The position numbers and the translations under genes were made by a program. From an uncultured delta proteobacterium (GTDB taxonomy: Bacteria; Myxococcota; Myxococcia; Myxococcales; Anaeromyxobacteraceae): a DNA stretch of 64,000 nt. Positions 1-9,421 of this stretch are shown here, in pieces; the first letter of the stretch is position 1, and every line of letters starts with the position of its first letter. The stretch lies in contig CAWHDZ010000017.1 of the NCBI GenBank assembly GCA_963828255.1, forward strand, positions 32,001 to 96,000, read 5' to 3'. The notes beneath the pieces were generated by a model that saw nothing but the letters and a program-made list of their open reading frames with translations, made no database searches and was not told the origin of the DNA.

Positions 1-363
1 GTGAACCTGGTGCCGCAGATCCAGGCCGGGACCATCAAGGCCTACGCCGTGGCCCTGCCGGCGCGCTCCCCGGCCATCCCGGAGGTTCCGACCACGAAGG
101 AGGCCGGGCTTCCCGAGTTCCAGGTCACCGCCTGGAACGCCATCTTCGCGCCCAAGGGCACGCCGCCCGAGGTCGTGGCCACGCTGAACGGGGCGCTCAT
201 CAAGGCGCTCGAGGATCCGGCCACCAAGAAGCGGCTCCTCGACCTGGGCGCCGACCTCTCCGACACCGCATCGCGCACCCCCCAGGGGCTGCAGAAACTG
301 GTGGAGAGCGAGGTGGCGCGCTGGAACAAGGTCCTCAAGGGCGCCGGGCAGGTCACGCAGTAG
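1..363 (+). CDS. Bug/TctC-family tripartite tricarboxylate transporter substrate-binding protein (C-terminal part, cut by window edge)
   Basis: RSPAIPEVPTTKEAG, WNAIFAPKGTP and ESEVARWNKVLK are typical of the Bug C-terminus. Confidence 0.85.
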   Translation: MNLVPQIQAGTIKAYAVALPARSPAIPEVPTTKEAGLPEFQVTAWNAIFAPKGTPPEVVATLNGALIKALEDPATKKRLLDLGADLSDTASRTPQGLQKLVESEVARWNKVLKGAGQVTQ

Positions 364-439
364 GAGACCTTGACCGGGACGATCCCCCGGGCCGGGCCAC
401 GGGGGATCCTCACCCAGCCGATCGGGGCGGCGCCCGCGG

Positions 440-886
440 CTACTTGTAGTAGCCGACCGCGCAGACCTGATCGCCGACCTTGGTGACGAAGCTCACCTTC
501 TGGACGGGCTCGGTCGTTCCGGGGCGAGGCCACATGTAGGAGACCTCGCCGATCTTCCCCTGCTGCGCGGTCTTGTAGATCTCCTCGCCGAGGGCCTTGC
601 CGGACTTGTCCTTCAGGTCCTTCAGGCTCTTGCCGACGAGGGAGGGGTGGGCGGTGAACATGCCGTCCGGGCCGCCGCAGAACGGATAGAGGTCACGGTC
701 CTTGAAGCCTCCTTCGCCCTTGGTGAACATGGAGAGCGCGGTGGCCTGGTTGGCCTTCAGGGCGACCATGGCCTTCTCCAGCATCGCCTTGGCCTCGGCG
801 GAGGTGCCGAAGTCGGCGGCGAGGGCGGAGGTTGCGAGGGCCAGCGAGAGAACGGCGAGACAACGGACGACCAGCTTGCGGATCAT
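440..886 (-). CDS. Secreted single Cache-domain protein
   Basis: Signal peptide MIRKLVVRCLAVLSLALATSALA, then FKDRDLYPF, AHPSLVGK, DLKDKSGK, SYMWPRPG, VGYYK. Confidence 0.85.
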   Translation of the reverse strand: MIRKLVVRCLAVLSLALATSALAADFGTSAEAKAMLEKAMVALKANQATALSMFTKGEGGFKDRDLYPFCGGPDGMFTAHPSLVGKSLKDLKDKSGKALGEEIYKTAQQGKIGEVSYMWPRPGTTEPVQKVSFVTKVGDQVCAVGYYK

Positions 887-1087
887 GACGGCCTCCTCGA
901 CTACCTTGGTGGGTTGTCCCCTCCCACTTCGGGCTTCGGATAGTCGGTGAAGGGGGGCCAGGAGTGCAAGAGGGCGGCACTCGGCGAGGTGCGACGATAA
1001 GCCGCAGCGCGATCGCTTTCGCAGCAGCCCTCCTCGCCGTAAAAGAGGATTCGTTCTGTCCACTTTGCCCAGGGAGGCAACCCAAAG

Positions 1088-1945
1088 ATGAACCGGATCT
1101 CGATCGCAGCACTCGCGACCATCGCCACGCTGTCCACCGCCTGTGGAAGCAGCACCGACACGGATCCCCAGCCGGTCACCATCGACTTCAAGGCGCTGGT
1201 GGGCAACCAGGCGTTCAGCTGCGCCGACACCGCGGGCTACGCCATCGGGACCGGGACGCTCCCCTGGATCCCGAAGGACTTCCGTTTCTACGTCTCCAAC
1301 GTCCGGCTGGTGGACGCGAGCGGCGCCGAGGCGCCGGTCACCCTCGATTCCAGCTTCTGGCAGGGCTACGGCATCGCGCTGCTCGACTTCGAGAACGGGA
1401 CCGGGAACTGCACGGGGGGCACGCTCGAGATGAACACCTCCGTCATCGGCACCGCCAATCCCGGGACCTACGTGGGCCTCAAGTTCGACGTGGGCGTCCC
1501 CACGGCGTCGAACCACCTGAACTACCAGGCGGCCAACCCGCCGCTCTCCAACTCGGCGATGTACTGGAGCTGGACCAGCGGCTACAAGTTCATCAAGGTT
1601 GACGGGCTCATCAACCGCGCGACTCCCTTCACCTTCAACTTCCACCTGGGCTCGACCGGCTGCACGCTCGCGACCCCTGGCGACTTCTCGACCGCCTTCT
1701 GCACGACGCTCAACGTTCCCTCGGCGACCTTCACCCCCTTCAACGCCAGCACCCAGGCGGTGGCGCTCGACCTCGCGCTGCTCTTCGCGGCCACCAACTT
1801 CGACACCGCCGACGGCGGCGGAGCCCCCGGCTGCATGTCGGGCCCGACCGATCCCGAGTGCGCTCCGATCTTCCCGACGCTCGGGCTCCCCTTCGGCGCC
1901 ACTCCGGCCGGCACGCAGACCGCCTTCCGCGTGGTCGCGAAGTAG
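1088..1945 (+). CDS. mbnP: MbnP-family copper-binding lipoprotein (four-Cys metallo-mystery protein)
   Basis: Lipobox STAC, DFRFYVSNVRL, LLDFENGTGNC, MYWSWTSGYKF (WxW motif), FHLGSTGC, CMSGPTDPEC; adjacent to a di-heme enzyme gene. Confidence 0.85.
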   Translation: MNRISIAALATIATLSTACGSSTDTDPQPVTIDFKALVGNQAFSCADTAGYAIGTGTLPWIPKDFRFYVSNVRLVDASGAEAPVTLDSSFWQGYGIALLDFENGTGNCTGGTLEMNTSVIGTANPGTYVGLKFDVGVPTASNHLNYQAANPPLSNSAMYWSWTSGYKFIKVDGLINRATPFTFNFHLGSTGCTLATPGDFSTAFCTTLNVPSATFTPFNASTQAVALDLALLFAATNFDTADGGGAPGCMSGPTDPECAPIFPTLGLPFGATPAGTQTAFRVVAK

Positions 1946-1963
1946 CAGGATGCCCGGGACGCC

Positions 1964-3094
1964 ATGCGTATCCGACTCGGACTCTCCACCGTCGTCGTCG
2001 CGCTCGTCGCGGCCTGCGGCGGTGGGGGGCCAGTCCGGACCACGTGGCCGGATACACCTGGGATCCTCCCGCGGGATTTCCCACGCCGGCAGATCCCGGC
2101 CAACAACCCGATGAGCGCCGTGAAGGTGGAGCTGGGGCGCCGCCTCTTCTACGACACGCGGCTCTCGGGCAACCAGACCTTCTCCTGCGCCAGCTGCCAC
2201 CTGCAGGAGCTCGCCTTCACCGACGGCCGGGCAGGGGGCTGGGCTCGACCGGGATGCTGCACCCCCGCGGGCCGCAGCCGCTCGCCAACCTCGCCTGCTT
2301 CCGCGCCTTCACCTGGGCCAACTCGGTCGTTCCCGACCTGGAGGTCCAGGCGCTCGTCCCCATGACGGGGAGCGACCCGGTGGAACTCGGCATCGCGGCA
2401 TGGACGTGGACGGTGGCCGCGCGCCTCGGGCCGACCCGGCGTACCCCGCGCTCTTCCGCGCCTCCTTCCCGGAGGAGGTGGAGCTCTTCACCTTCCCGAA
2501 CATCGCCAAGGCCATCGCCGCCTTCGAGCGGACGCTCATCTCGGGGAACTCGCCCTACGACCGGCACCAGCGCGGCGACGCCACGGCGCTCTCCGCTTCG
2601 GCGCGCCGGGGCGCGGACCTCTTCTTCTCGTCCCGGCTGGCCTGCGCAGAGTGCCACTCCGGCTTCGCCTTCACCGACGCCGCAGCGGCGCCGGGTGACG
2701 TCCGGGAATCCCTTCCCGTTCCACAACATCGGCCTCTACGACGTGGACGGGCGCGGCTGCGTACCCGGCCGGCGGGACCGGCCTCGAGGCGCTCACCGCC
2801 CGGCCCGAGGACATGGGCAAGTTCCGCACCCCACCCCTGCGCAACGTGGCGGTGACCGCCCCGTTCATGCACGACGGCAGCGTCGCCACCCTGTCCGAGG
2901 TGATCGACCTCTTCGCCGCCGGCGGACGGGCGCGGATGGAGAACGGGGCGCCGAGCCCGCTCCAGAGCCCGCTGGTCGGGGGATTCGCCATCACCCCCGG
3001 TGAGAAGGCCGACCTCCTGGCCTTCCTGGAGGCGCTGACCGACGAGGCGTTCCTCCGGGATCCCCGCTTCTCGGATCCCTTCGCGAACCGGTAG
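1964..3094 (+). pseudogene. mbnH: MbnH-family di-heme enzyme (cytochrome c peroxidase/MauG superfamily), interrupted by multiple frameshifts
   Basis: [44 protein letters not shown] and [22 protein letters not shown] are spread over three frames; decay or sequencing error. Confidence 0.8.
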
Positions 3095-3108
3095 CGGTCC
3101 GGCCCGCC

Positions 3109-4539
3109 CTACCGCCGCGTGGTGACCTGGGAGACCGGGCGACCGCCCATGGTCCCGATGGTCCCGTATCCCGCCTCCGACGTCCCGGTCATGCAGGTCG
3201 CCCCCATCATGCCGCCGGGGGCGCAGTCCGCGTAGGCCATCTTGTCGATCTGCCCCTGGGTGGGGACCGCCGCCGGATCGGCCGCGTTGACGAAGATCAT
3301 CGCGTAGGCGTTTCCGGGGTTCGCGCCCGGATAGTTGAAGTGGAGCCCCGAGCCGGAGCCAGGCGCCCAGCCGTCGGTGCCGCCGAACTTCGGGTCGGTG
3401 GCCAGCGTGTCGGTCCCGTCGAGCCGGAAGGTGGTGACCAGCCATCCCTCCGCGCCGTCCAGCACGACGGGGCGCGCGGACAGCTGGTTGCCGAGGGTCA
3501 CCCAGGTCATGGTGTCGTCCGGGAAGCCGATCGGGCCGCCGGTCATGGACTCGCTCAGCTCGCCCCGCAGCGCGGAGACGACGCCCGAGCTGGCGTCGTA
3601 CGTGAACGTCCCGATGAAGATGGAATCGTTGGGCTGGGTGTCCGGCTCCCGGAAGGTGGCGACCACGTCGTAGAGGGTGACGATCTCCCCCGGTGCGGAG
3701 GGTGGGCTCGTCCCGGCGGCGTTGGTCGCGGCCACGGAGAGCCGGTACCCGGCGCAGGAGGAGGGGCAGGTGACGGTGACCGGCGTGGTCGCGCCGGTCG
3801 CCGACAGGCCCGCAGGGGTGGAGGAGACGACGTAGCCGGTGATGGGGCTGCCGCCGGCCTGGACCGCTCCGATGCGGACCGTCACGGAGGCCGGACCGGT
3901 CGCCGTGGCGGCGGCGCCGGACGGCGCGCCGGGGGGCGTCACCCCTGAAGGAACGGCGACGGCGATGGCCTGGGACGCCGTGACCTCTCCGGCGCTGGCG
4001 ACGATCGTGCAGTCGCCCGGGGAGAGGGCGGTGAGGAGCCCGGTGGCGGCGTCGACGAAGCAGACCGCCGGGGTGGCGCTGACGTAGGCGACGGCGAGGC
4101 CGGTGCTCTCGACGGCGGTGACGGTCGCCAGGTCGTACACGCTCGGTGATGGAGCGGGCCCGAAGGTGATCACGCCCCGGAAGGTGAAGGTGACGTCCTG
4201 GGTGGCCGAAGGGGCCGCGGCGTACTGCGCGTCCCCGGACTGGCTCGCGGCGACGGTGCAGGTGCCGGACGCGGTGGCGGTCACGACTCCGGTGACCGCG
4301 TCGGCGGAGCAGAGGGAGGGGGTCCGGCTGCCGTAGCGGACCGGGAGGCCAGAGCTGGCCGTGGCCGACACGGTCACGGAGGGCTGGTTGGGCGCGGGCG
4401 AGGGCGCGGGGGCGAAGGTGATGGTCTGCGGGCGCGCCTCGATCCGGGGACCCTCGTCGCACCCGAGGAGCGCCGAGGCCGCCAGCACGGCCAGGGAGGC
4501 CAGGATCGGGTCGCGGGCGGGCTTCGTGGAGGTGTGCAT
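3109..4539 (-). CDS. Lipoprotein with Ig-like repeats, a fibronectin type III domain and a Cys/Met-rich C-terminal domain
   Basis: Lipobox LLGC; QTITF...GTCTVAASQSG Ig-like units; FN3 signature GGSPITGYVV...YRLSVAATNAAGTSPPS; C-terminal YADCAPGGMMGATCMTG. Confidence 0.7.
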   Translation of the reverse strand: MHTSTKPARDPILASLAVLAASALLGCDEGPRIEARPQTITFAPAPSPAPNQPSVTVSATASSGLPVRYGSRTPSLCSADAVTGVVTATASGTCTVAASQSGDAQYAAAPSATQDVTFTFRGVITFGPAPSPSVYDLATVTAVESTGLAVAYVSATPAVCFVDAATGLLTALSPGDCTIVASAGEVTASQAIAVAVPSGVTPPGAPSGAAATATGPASVTVRIGAVQAGGSPITGYVVSSTPAGLSATGATTPVTVTCPSSCAGYRLSVAATNAAGTSPPSAPGEIVTLYDVVATFREPDTQPNDSIFIGTFTYDASSGVVSALRGELSESMTGGPIGFPDDTMTWVTLGNQLSARPVVLDGAEGWLVTTFRLDGTDTLATDPKFGGTDGWAPGSGSGLHFNYPGANPGNAYAMIFVNAADPAAVPTQGQIDKMAYADCAPGGMMGATCMTGTSEAGYGTIGTMGGRPVSQVTTRR

Positions 4540-4562
4540 GCCTGTTCTCGGGATCGGGCGGC

Positions 4563-6794
4563 TCAGAAGGAGAGGTTCAAGGCCACGTTGAACGACCGCG
4601 CCGCGCCGGGGACGGCGACGCCCCAGGGGATGCCGGTTGTGCTCATCGAGGGGCCCTGGCCGACGTAGGCCCCTCCCAGCGGGTTCGCGTAGAGCCGGTC
4701 GAGCAGGTTCTCGATGCCGACGTCCACCCGGATGAACCGCCACTCGTAGCTGCTGCGCAGGTTGAGCACGAAGTAGGCGCCGGTCGGGATCTCGTTCCGG
4801 ACCTGGGACAGGTGGGCCTTGGCCGCGACCGCCAGGAATTCCGCGGTGGTGGTCCAGGTGCCCAGCTGGTGGACCAGCGAGAGCAACCCGTTCAGCGGCA
4901 TGACGTTGAACAGGCCGTCACCCGTGGTGAGGTTGTCGCCCCGGACCCAGCCCAGCGAGAGGTTGCCGGTGAGGCTGCCCCAGGAGCTCCCCTCGGCGAG
5001 CAGCAGCCGGGCCGACAGGTCGAGCCCGTAGAGGCGGGCAGCCTGGTTCACGTACTGGAGGATCACGAAGCCGTCCGTGGCGGTCACGTTCTCCGGGCTG
5101 CACTGGCCGAAGTCGCAGCGGCGCGCGTCCACGTAGTCGTGGACGTGGGTGTAGTAGGCGGTGGCCTTGACGCCCCAGCGCGCCCTGGCCTCGTCGTGCC
5201 AGTCTCCGGTTGCGCTCACGGTGTGGGCGACCTCGGGGTCGAGACCGATGAGCCCGACGTAGCCGTTGCCGTCCCCCAGCAAATTGTTCATGAGCGCCGC
5301 CATGGCGTTGGTGGACCAGGGATAGCGCTGGTAGAGGTTCGGGGAGCGGGACTTGCGCGCGTAGCCCCCCTCGTAGGTCTGCGTGGGGTCCGGCGTGTAG
5401 CGCGCCAGCGCCGAGAGATCGAGGAGGAGGTCGGTGCGCCGGCGCGGCGTGGCGTTGAACGCGGCTGCGTCGATCCCCCAGGCGGGAAGGGAGTCGTCGT
5501 AGCCCTGGACCGGTCCGGCGTCGGTGATGACCGTCTCGCTGCGGATGCCCACCTGGCCGAGCCAGGCATCGGTCCAGCGAGCCTCCCACTCGGCGTACGC
5601 GTCGTACCGCTGCCGCTGCCCGTAGTCCACGTTCCAGAAGGTGTTCGGCCCCATGTTGCCGCCCACCGGCGGCCAGAAGTCGTACAGCGTGTGGGACTGG
5701 TACTCCGCGCCCACCCGGAGCAGGTGCCGGTCGGTCAGGATCACGTTGGCCTTGAGGACCGCCCCCCGGGTCCGCGCCTCGGTGATCATCGGCATGCCGG
5801 TCCCGTAGGAGTAGCGGTCAGGTCCCATGTCCATCTCGTGCTGGGTGTCCTGGTAGCTGAGGCGCCCCTCGAGGTCGCCCCAGGCGAACGACCCCGTGTA
5901 GCGCAGCGCGCCCTGCCAGTTGTCGTTGCCGGTCATGTCCATGCGCTGGTTCGGGAACCCCTCGAACCCCACCTTCTGCTGGCCGGCCTCCAGCTGGAGG
6001 AGGTGCCCCTGGGTTCGAAGCGAAAGCCCCAGCGACCGCCGGACGGTGCCGTGATAGGCCGAGGAGCCGACCACGTCGCCCGGGATGGGTTGGCCTCCCT
6101 CCGTGCCAGGCGTGGCGGGCTTGAAGCTGCCCCCCGCCTTGAAGTTCTCCGACCGCGAGTCGGACTGCCCGAAGGTCAGGTTCACCCACTCCCCGGCGAT
6201 GGTCGCCCGGAGGTTGTACCCGAAGCCGTTTCCGTTGCTGCGGTAGTACGAGCCCACCGTTCCACTGGCGAGGAACGGGTCGGTGGGAGTCGCGAACCGG
6301 GGCGGCGCGGACTTGACCTGGATCGAGCCTCCGATGCTGTCCCCACCCACGCTGACCGGGGTGATCCCGGAGAAGACGGTCACGCTCTCGATGCGGCTGG
6401 GGTCCGCGTAGGAGAGCGGCGAGTTCATGTGGTTGGGGCAGGCAGCCATCAGGTCGGCGCCGTCCACCTGGATGCGGAGCCGGTCGTCGGAGAGGCCGTG
6501 GATCGCCGGGAGGCTCGAGACGCCGCCCGCGCCGCTGAGGGTCACGCCGGGGACGCCGCGCAGCAGGTCGGCGGCGTCGCCCGTGGTGGACCTCCGGGCC
6601 GCCACGTCCGCCTTCCCGGGACCGGAGGAGCCGAGGCTCGCATCCGTGGACTCGACCTTCGGGTTGTCGATCACGACCTCGTCGAGGCGCACCTCGTCCT
6701 TCGGCTCGTCGTCCGCGAGGGCGAACAGCGGCACGAGGAGCAGCAGCGCGGGGAGGGGAATCGCCGGACGGATACGGTGCACCGGTCCCACCAT
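4563..6794 (-). CDS. TonB-dependent receptor, OprC-like (probable copper receptor)
   Basis: Signal peptide, LDEVVI TonB box, plug with ACPNHMNSPLSY (CxxxM), barrel HEMDM (HxM), C-terminal ...LNLSF; start could be the nearby GTG. Confidence 0.85.
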   Translation of the reverse strand: MVGPVHRIRPAIPLPALLLLVPLFALADDEPKDEVRLDEVVIDNPKVESTDASLGSSGPGKADVAARRSTTGDAADLLRGVPGVTLSGAGGVSSLPAIHGLSDDRLRIQVDGADLMAACPNHMNSPLSYADPSRIESVTVFSGITPVSVGGDSIGGSIQVKSAPPRFATPTDPFLASGTVGSYYRSNGNGFGYNLRATIAGEWVNLTFGQSDSRSENFKAGGSFKPATPGTEGGQPIPGDVVGSSAYHGTVRRSLGLSLRTQGHLLQLEAGQQKVGFEGFPNQRMDMTGNDNWQGALRYTGSFAWGDLEGRLSYQDTQHEMDMGPDRYSYGTGMPMITEARTRGAVLKANVILTDRHLLRVGAEYQSHTLYDFWPPVGGNMGPNTFWNVDYGQRQRYDAYAEWEARWTDAWLGQVGIRSETVITDAGPVQGYDDSLPAWGIDAAAFNATPRRRTDLLLDLSALARYTPDPTQTYEGGYARKSRSPNLYQRYPWSTNAMAALMNNLLGDGNGYVGLIGLDPEVAHTVSATGDWHDEARARWGVKATAYYTHVHDYVDARRCDFGQCSPENVTATDGFVILQYVNQAARLYGLDLSARLLLAEGSSWGSLTGNLSLGWVRGDNLTTGDGLFNVMPLNGLLSLVHQLGTWTTTAEFLAVAAKAHLSQVRNEIPTGAYFVLNLRSSYEWRFIRVDVGIENLLDRLYANPLGGAYVGQGPSMSTTGIPWGVAVPGAARSFNVALNLSF

Positions 6795-6939
6795 ACCCGG
6801 GAGGGACCCCCGTGGAGGTGCGGCCAAGTGTCGCAGGAGCTTCCCGCGGAAGACCTGGGCGACTGCGAACCCGCTGCATTCGCGCGCTCCCCGAGCCGGA
6901 GTGGACGGGAGGTTCGCGATGAAGCGCCTTCTCGTCGTC

Positions 6940-7050
6940 CTCGTGGCGCGCATGCTCCACCGGGGCAGCGGCAGGGCCGGCCCGTTCCTCGCGGTCAACT
7001 GCGGCGGGTTCACCGACGGCCTGCTGGCCAGCGAGCTCTTCCGTCACGGA
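6940..7050 (+). pseudogene. Remnant of a sigma-54 activator AAA+ domain
   Basis: LVARMLHRGSGRAGPFLAVNCGGFTDGLLASELFRHG resembles the VARxIH...PFVAVNCG...ESELFGH segment; no Walker A and no GAFTGA. Confidence 0.55.
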
Positions 7051-7128
7051 TGTACCGGATGCTCTGGTCGGCAGGCCTGGAACCGGCCCAGTTCCGCGGT
7101 CGGCCGGTACCCGGGAATACGCAGTAGG

Positions 7129-7419
7129 CTACTTCACGGCCTTCTTGGCGGCGTCGGCGGTGTCGTCGGCGGCCTTCTTCGACCAGTCCGACGTGTCGTC
7201 GGCCGCCTTCTTGGTTGCCTTCGACGTGTCGTCGGCGGCCTTCTTCGACCAGTCCGACGTGTCGTCGGCGGCCTTCTTCGACCAGTCCTTCGTGTCGTCG
7301 GCAGCCTTCTTCGACCAGTCCTTCGTGTCGTCGACCGCCTTCTTGACGTCGTCGGCAGAAGCGGGGCCGGCAAGGGCCAGGAAGGCAACGGCGCACAGCG
7401 CGCTCAGGATCTTCTTCAT
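7129..7419 (-). CDS. Small secreted protein with 11-aa tandem repeats (KKAADDT[K/S]DWS), LEA-like
   Basis: Signal peptide MKKILSALCAVAFLALAGPASA, about six 33-bp repeats, GGAG RBS upstream. Confidence 0.75.
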   Translation of the reverse strand: MKKILSALCAVAFLALAGPASADDVKKAVDDTKDWSKKAADDTKDWSKKAADDTSDWSKKAADDTSKATKKAADDTSDWSKKAADDTADAAKKAVK

Positions 7420-7700
7420 GGTCGATTCTCCAGCCCGTTCTGGACCAGTTGAGGGTGTGCTTCACTCCATCGTGCCGCCCTGGGTCCGGGGCAACGAGAC
7501 TTTCGGGTCTACGGGCGCTCCTGTATGCGCGTCGCCGCGCTCCGACCCCGCGTGCACGGCCCGGCCCCCTCGAACCTCGTCAGCGCCACGAGGCCCTCGA
7601 AGTGAAGGAGGCGTGCCCTCATTCTGATGGGATGAGCCAGTTCCAGACGAGCGCGAAAGGGCTAAGCGCTCGCAAGTAGGGGATTTCGCCGGCGGCCCGG

Positions 7701-8318
7701 ATGCTGCTCTCTCATGACGCCATGAGAACAGCCATGTCGCCAGGACACACCATGGAAGCCCGCAGCGCGCTCCCCGCCCACGTTCCCCAGAAGGGACTGG
7801 ATCCGGCCGAGGTGGCTGCCCTCACCGCTGCCCTCGACGAGGTCCCGTCCTCGGCGTTCGTGATCTGGGCGGACGGAAGTGTCGCGCTCGCCAACGCCGC
7901 CGGCCGCGCGGCGATCGAACTGGCCCCGGAGCGCGTCGCCACGAGCCTCCTGGCGAGCCTGGGCGGACGCGACGACACGTTCCGTGTCCGGCGGATCGAC
8001 TACCCGGGGGCGCCCAGCCACTACGTCGCCGTGCAGCAGGGAAAGGCCGAGGATCCCGAGCCGCGTGTCGCGGCGGCGGTGGCGAACTGGGGTGTCACTC
8101 CGCGTCAAGCCGAGGTGCTCGGCCTGCTGGCTCTCGGGCAGGCGAACAAGACCATCGCAAGCGTCCTGGGGTGTGCGGGCGGGACAGTCGAGATCCACGT
8201 CACCGACTTGCTCAGGAAGTCGGGCTGCCAGAGCCGCTGCGAGCTGGTGTCGAGGTTCTGGTCCCGGCCGATCGCCCCGGTCCCGCAGGAGCGGTCGGGA
8301 CGGGGAGCGCGATCGTGA
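7701..8318 (+). CDS. LuxR-family HTH transcriptional regulator with degenerate PAS-like N-terminus
   Basis: VTPRQAEVLGLLALGQANKTIASVLGCAGGTVEIHVTDLLRK; start uncertain (7701/7734/7752). Confidence 0.8.
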   Translation: MLLSHDAMRTAMSPGHTMEARSALPAHVPQKGLDPAEVAALTAALDEVPSSAFVIWADGSVALANAAGRAAIELAPERVATSLLASLGGRDDTFRVRRIDYPGAPSHYVAVQQGKAEDPEPRVAAAVANWGVTPRQAEVLGLLALGQANKTIASVLGCAGGTVEIHVTDLLRKSGCQSRCELVSRFWSRPIAPVPQERSGRGARS

Positions 8319-9193
8319 AGAACCGGCTCGACGACGGAACGGTCCGCATCCTCGACATGGCCTGTCTCTTCCTGGCGATGCCGGTGGCCTGGTGGGCCCG
8401 GGCGCTTCTCCCCGGGAGCGACCCCGTGCTGGCCCGGATCGAGTACGCACCCTTCCTCGCCTTCACCCTCCTCATGTGGTTCGTCGCCGCCCGCGTCTGC
8501 CTGGACCTCTACGAGGTGGACGGCGCCCGGGCCGAGCTCGGGGACCTCGACGGCCTTCCCACGCTCTCGTTCTCGAGCGCGCCGACCGACGAGGTCGCGC
8601 TGCTCTTCAAGCGTGCCTTCGACGTGCTCTCGAGCGCCGCGGCCCTGCTGCTCTTCTCGCCGGTGCTCCTGGCCACCGCACTCGCGGTCAAGCTCGAGTC
8701 CCCCGGGCCGGTCTTCTTCCGGCAGGTGCGGGTCGGGAAGAATGGCCGGCCCTTCCGGATGTTCAAGTTCCGCAGCATGCGCGCCGACGCCGAGGAGCGG
8801 CTCGAGTCGCTGCGGGCCCGGAACGAGGCCTCCGGTCCGGTCTTCAAGATGCGGAACGACCCACGTGTCACCCGCGTCGGCGCCTTCATCCGCCGGTACT
8901 CCATCGACGAGCTGCCCCAGTTCCTGAACGTCCTCTCCGGGGAGATGAGCGTCGTCGGTCCGCGGCCGCCGGTTCCGGCCGAGGTCCGTCAGTACGAGCG
9001 CTGGCAGCGCCGTCGCCTGAGCGTGAAGCCCGGGATCACCTGCACCTGGCAGGTGAGCGGCAGGTCGGACATCACCTTCGACCGGTGGATGGAGCTCGAC
9101 CTCGCCTACATCGACTCCTGGTCGCTCTGGCGGGACGTGCAGATCTGCTTCCAGACCATTCCCGCGGTGCTGACCTCGCGCGGCGCGCGGTGA
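8315..9193 (+). CDS. Bacterial sugar transferase (polyprenyl-phosphate glycosylphosphotransferase catalytic domain), shortened N-terminus
   Basis: KRAFD, FKFRSM, DPRVTRVG, SIDELPQFLNVLSGEMSVVGPRP, KPGITCTWQVSGR; GTGA overlap with the upstream stop. Confidence 0.85.
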   Translation: MKNRLDDGTVRILDMACLFLAMPVAWWARALLPGSDPVLARIEYAPFLAFTLLMWFVAARVCLDLYEVDGARAELGDLDGLPTLSFSSAPTDEVALLFKRAFDVLSSAAALLLFSPVLLATALAVKLESPGPVFFRQVRVGKNGRPFRMFKFRSMRADAEERLESLRARNEASGPVFKMRNDPRVTRVGAFIRRYSIDELPQFLNVLSGEMSVVGPRPPVPAEVRQYERWQRRRLSVKPGITCTWQVSGRSDITFDRWMELDLAYIDSWSLWRDVQICFQTIPAVLTSRGAR

Positions 9194-9421
9194 TCGGTCC
9201 GCCCCGTCGCGCCAAGCCAGATCCGACAGGGGCCCGTGACGCTGTGCATGGCCCAGAGGTCCCCGTCCGGGCCGTAGGCGAGGGCGGAGAAGGTGGCCCC
9301 GGTCCCGGCGCCGACCGGCTGGGTCCCTGGCGCTGGCACAGGTCCTCATGGCCATTCGCGGCGCCGTTGCCGGAGAACGTGGCGACGACCAGCGGCACGG
9401 GGCCGTCCTGAACTCTTCGGG

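Noticed and set aside
9200..9420. Possible beta-propeller fragment (FSALAYGPDGDLWA) on the minus strand
   Set aside because: Too short and frame-broken to support a call.
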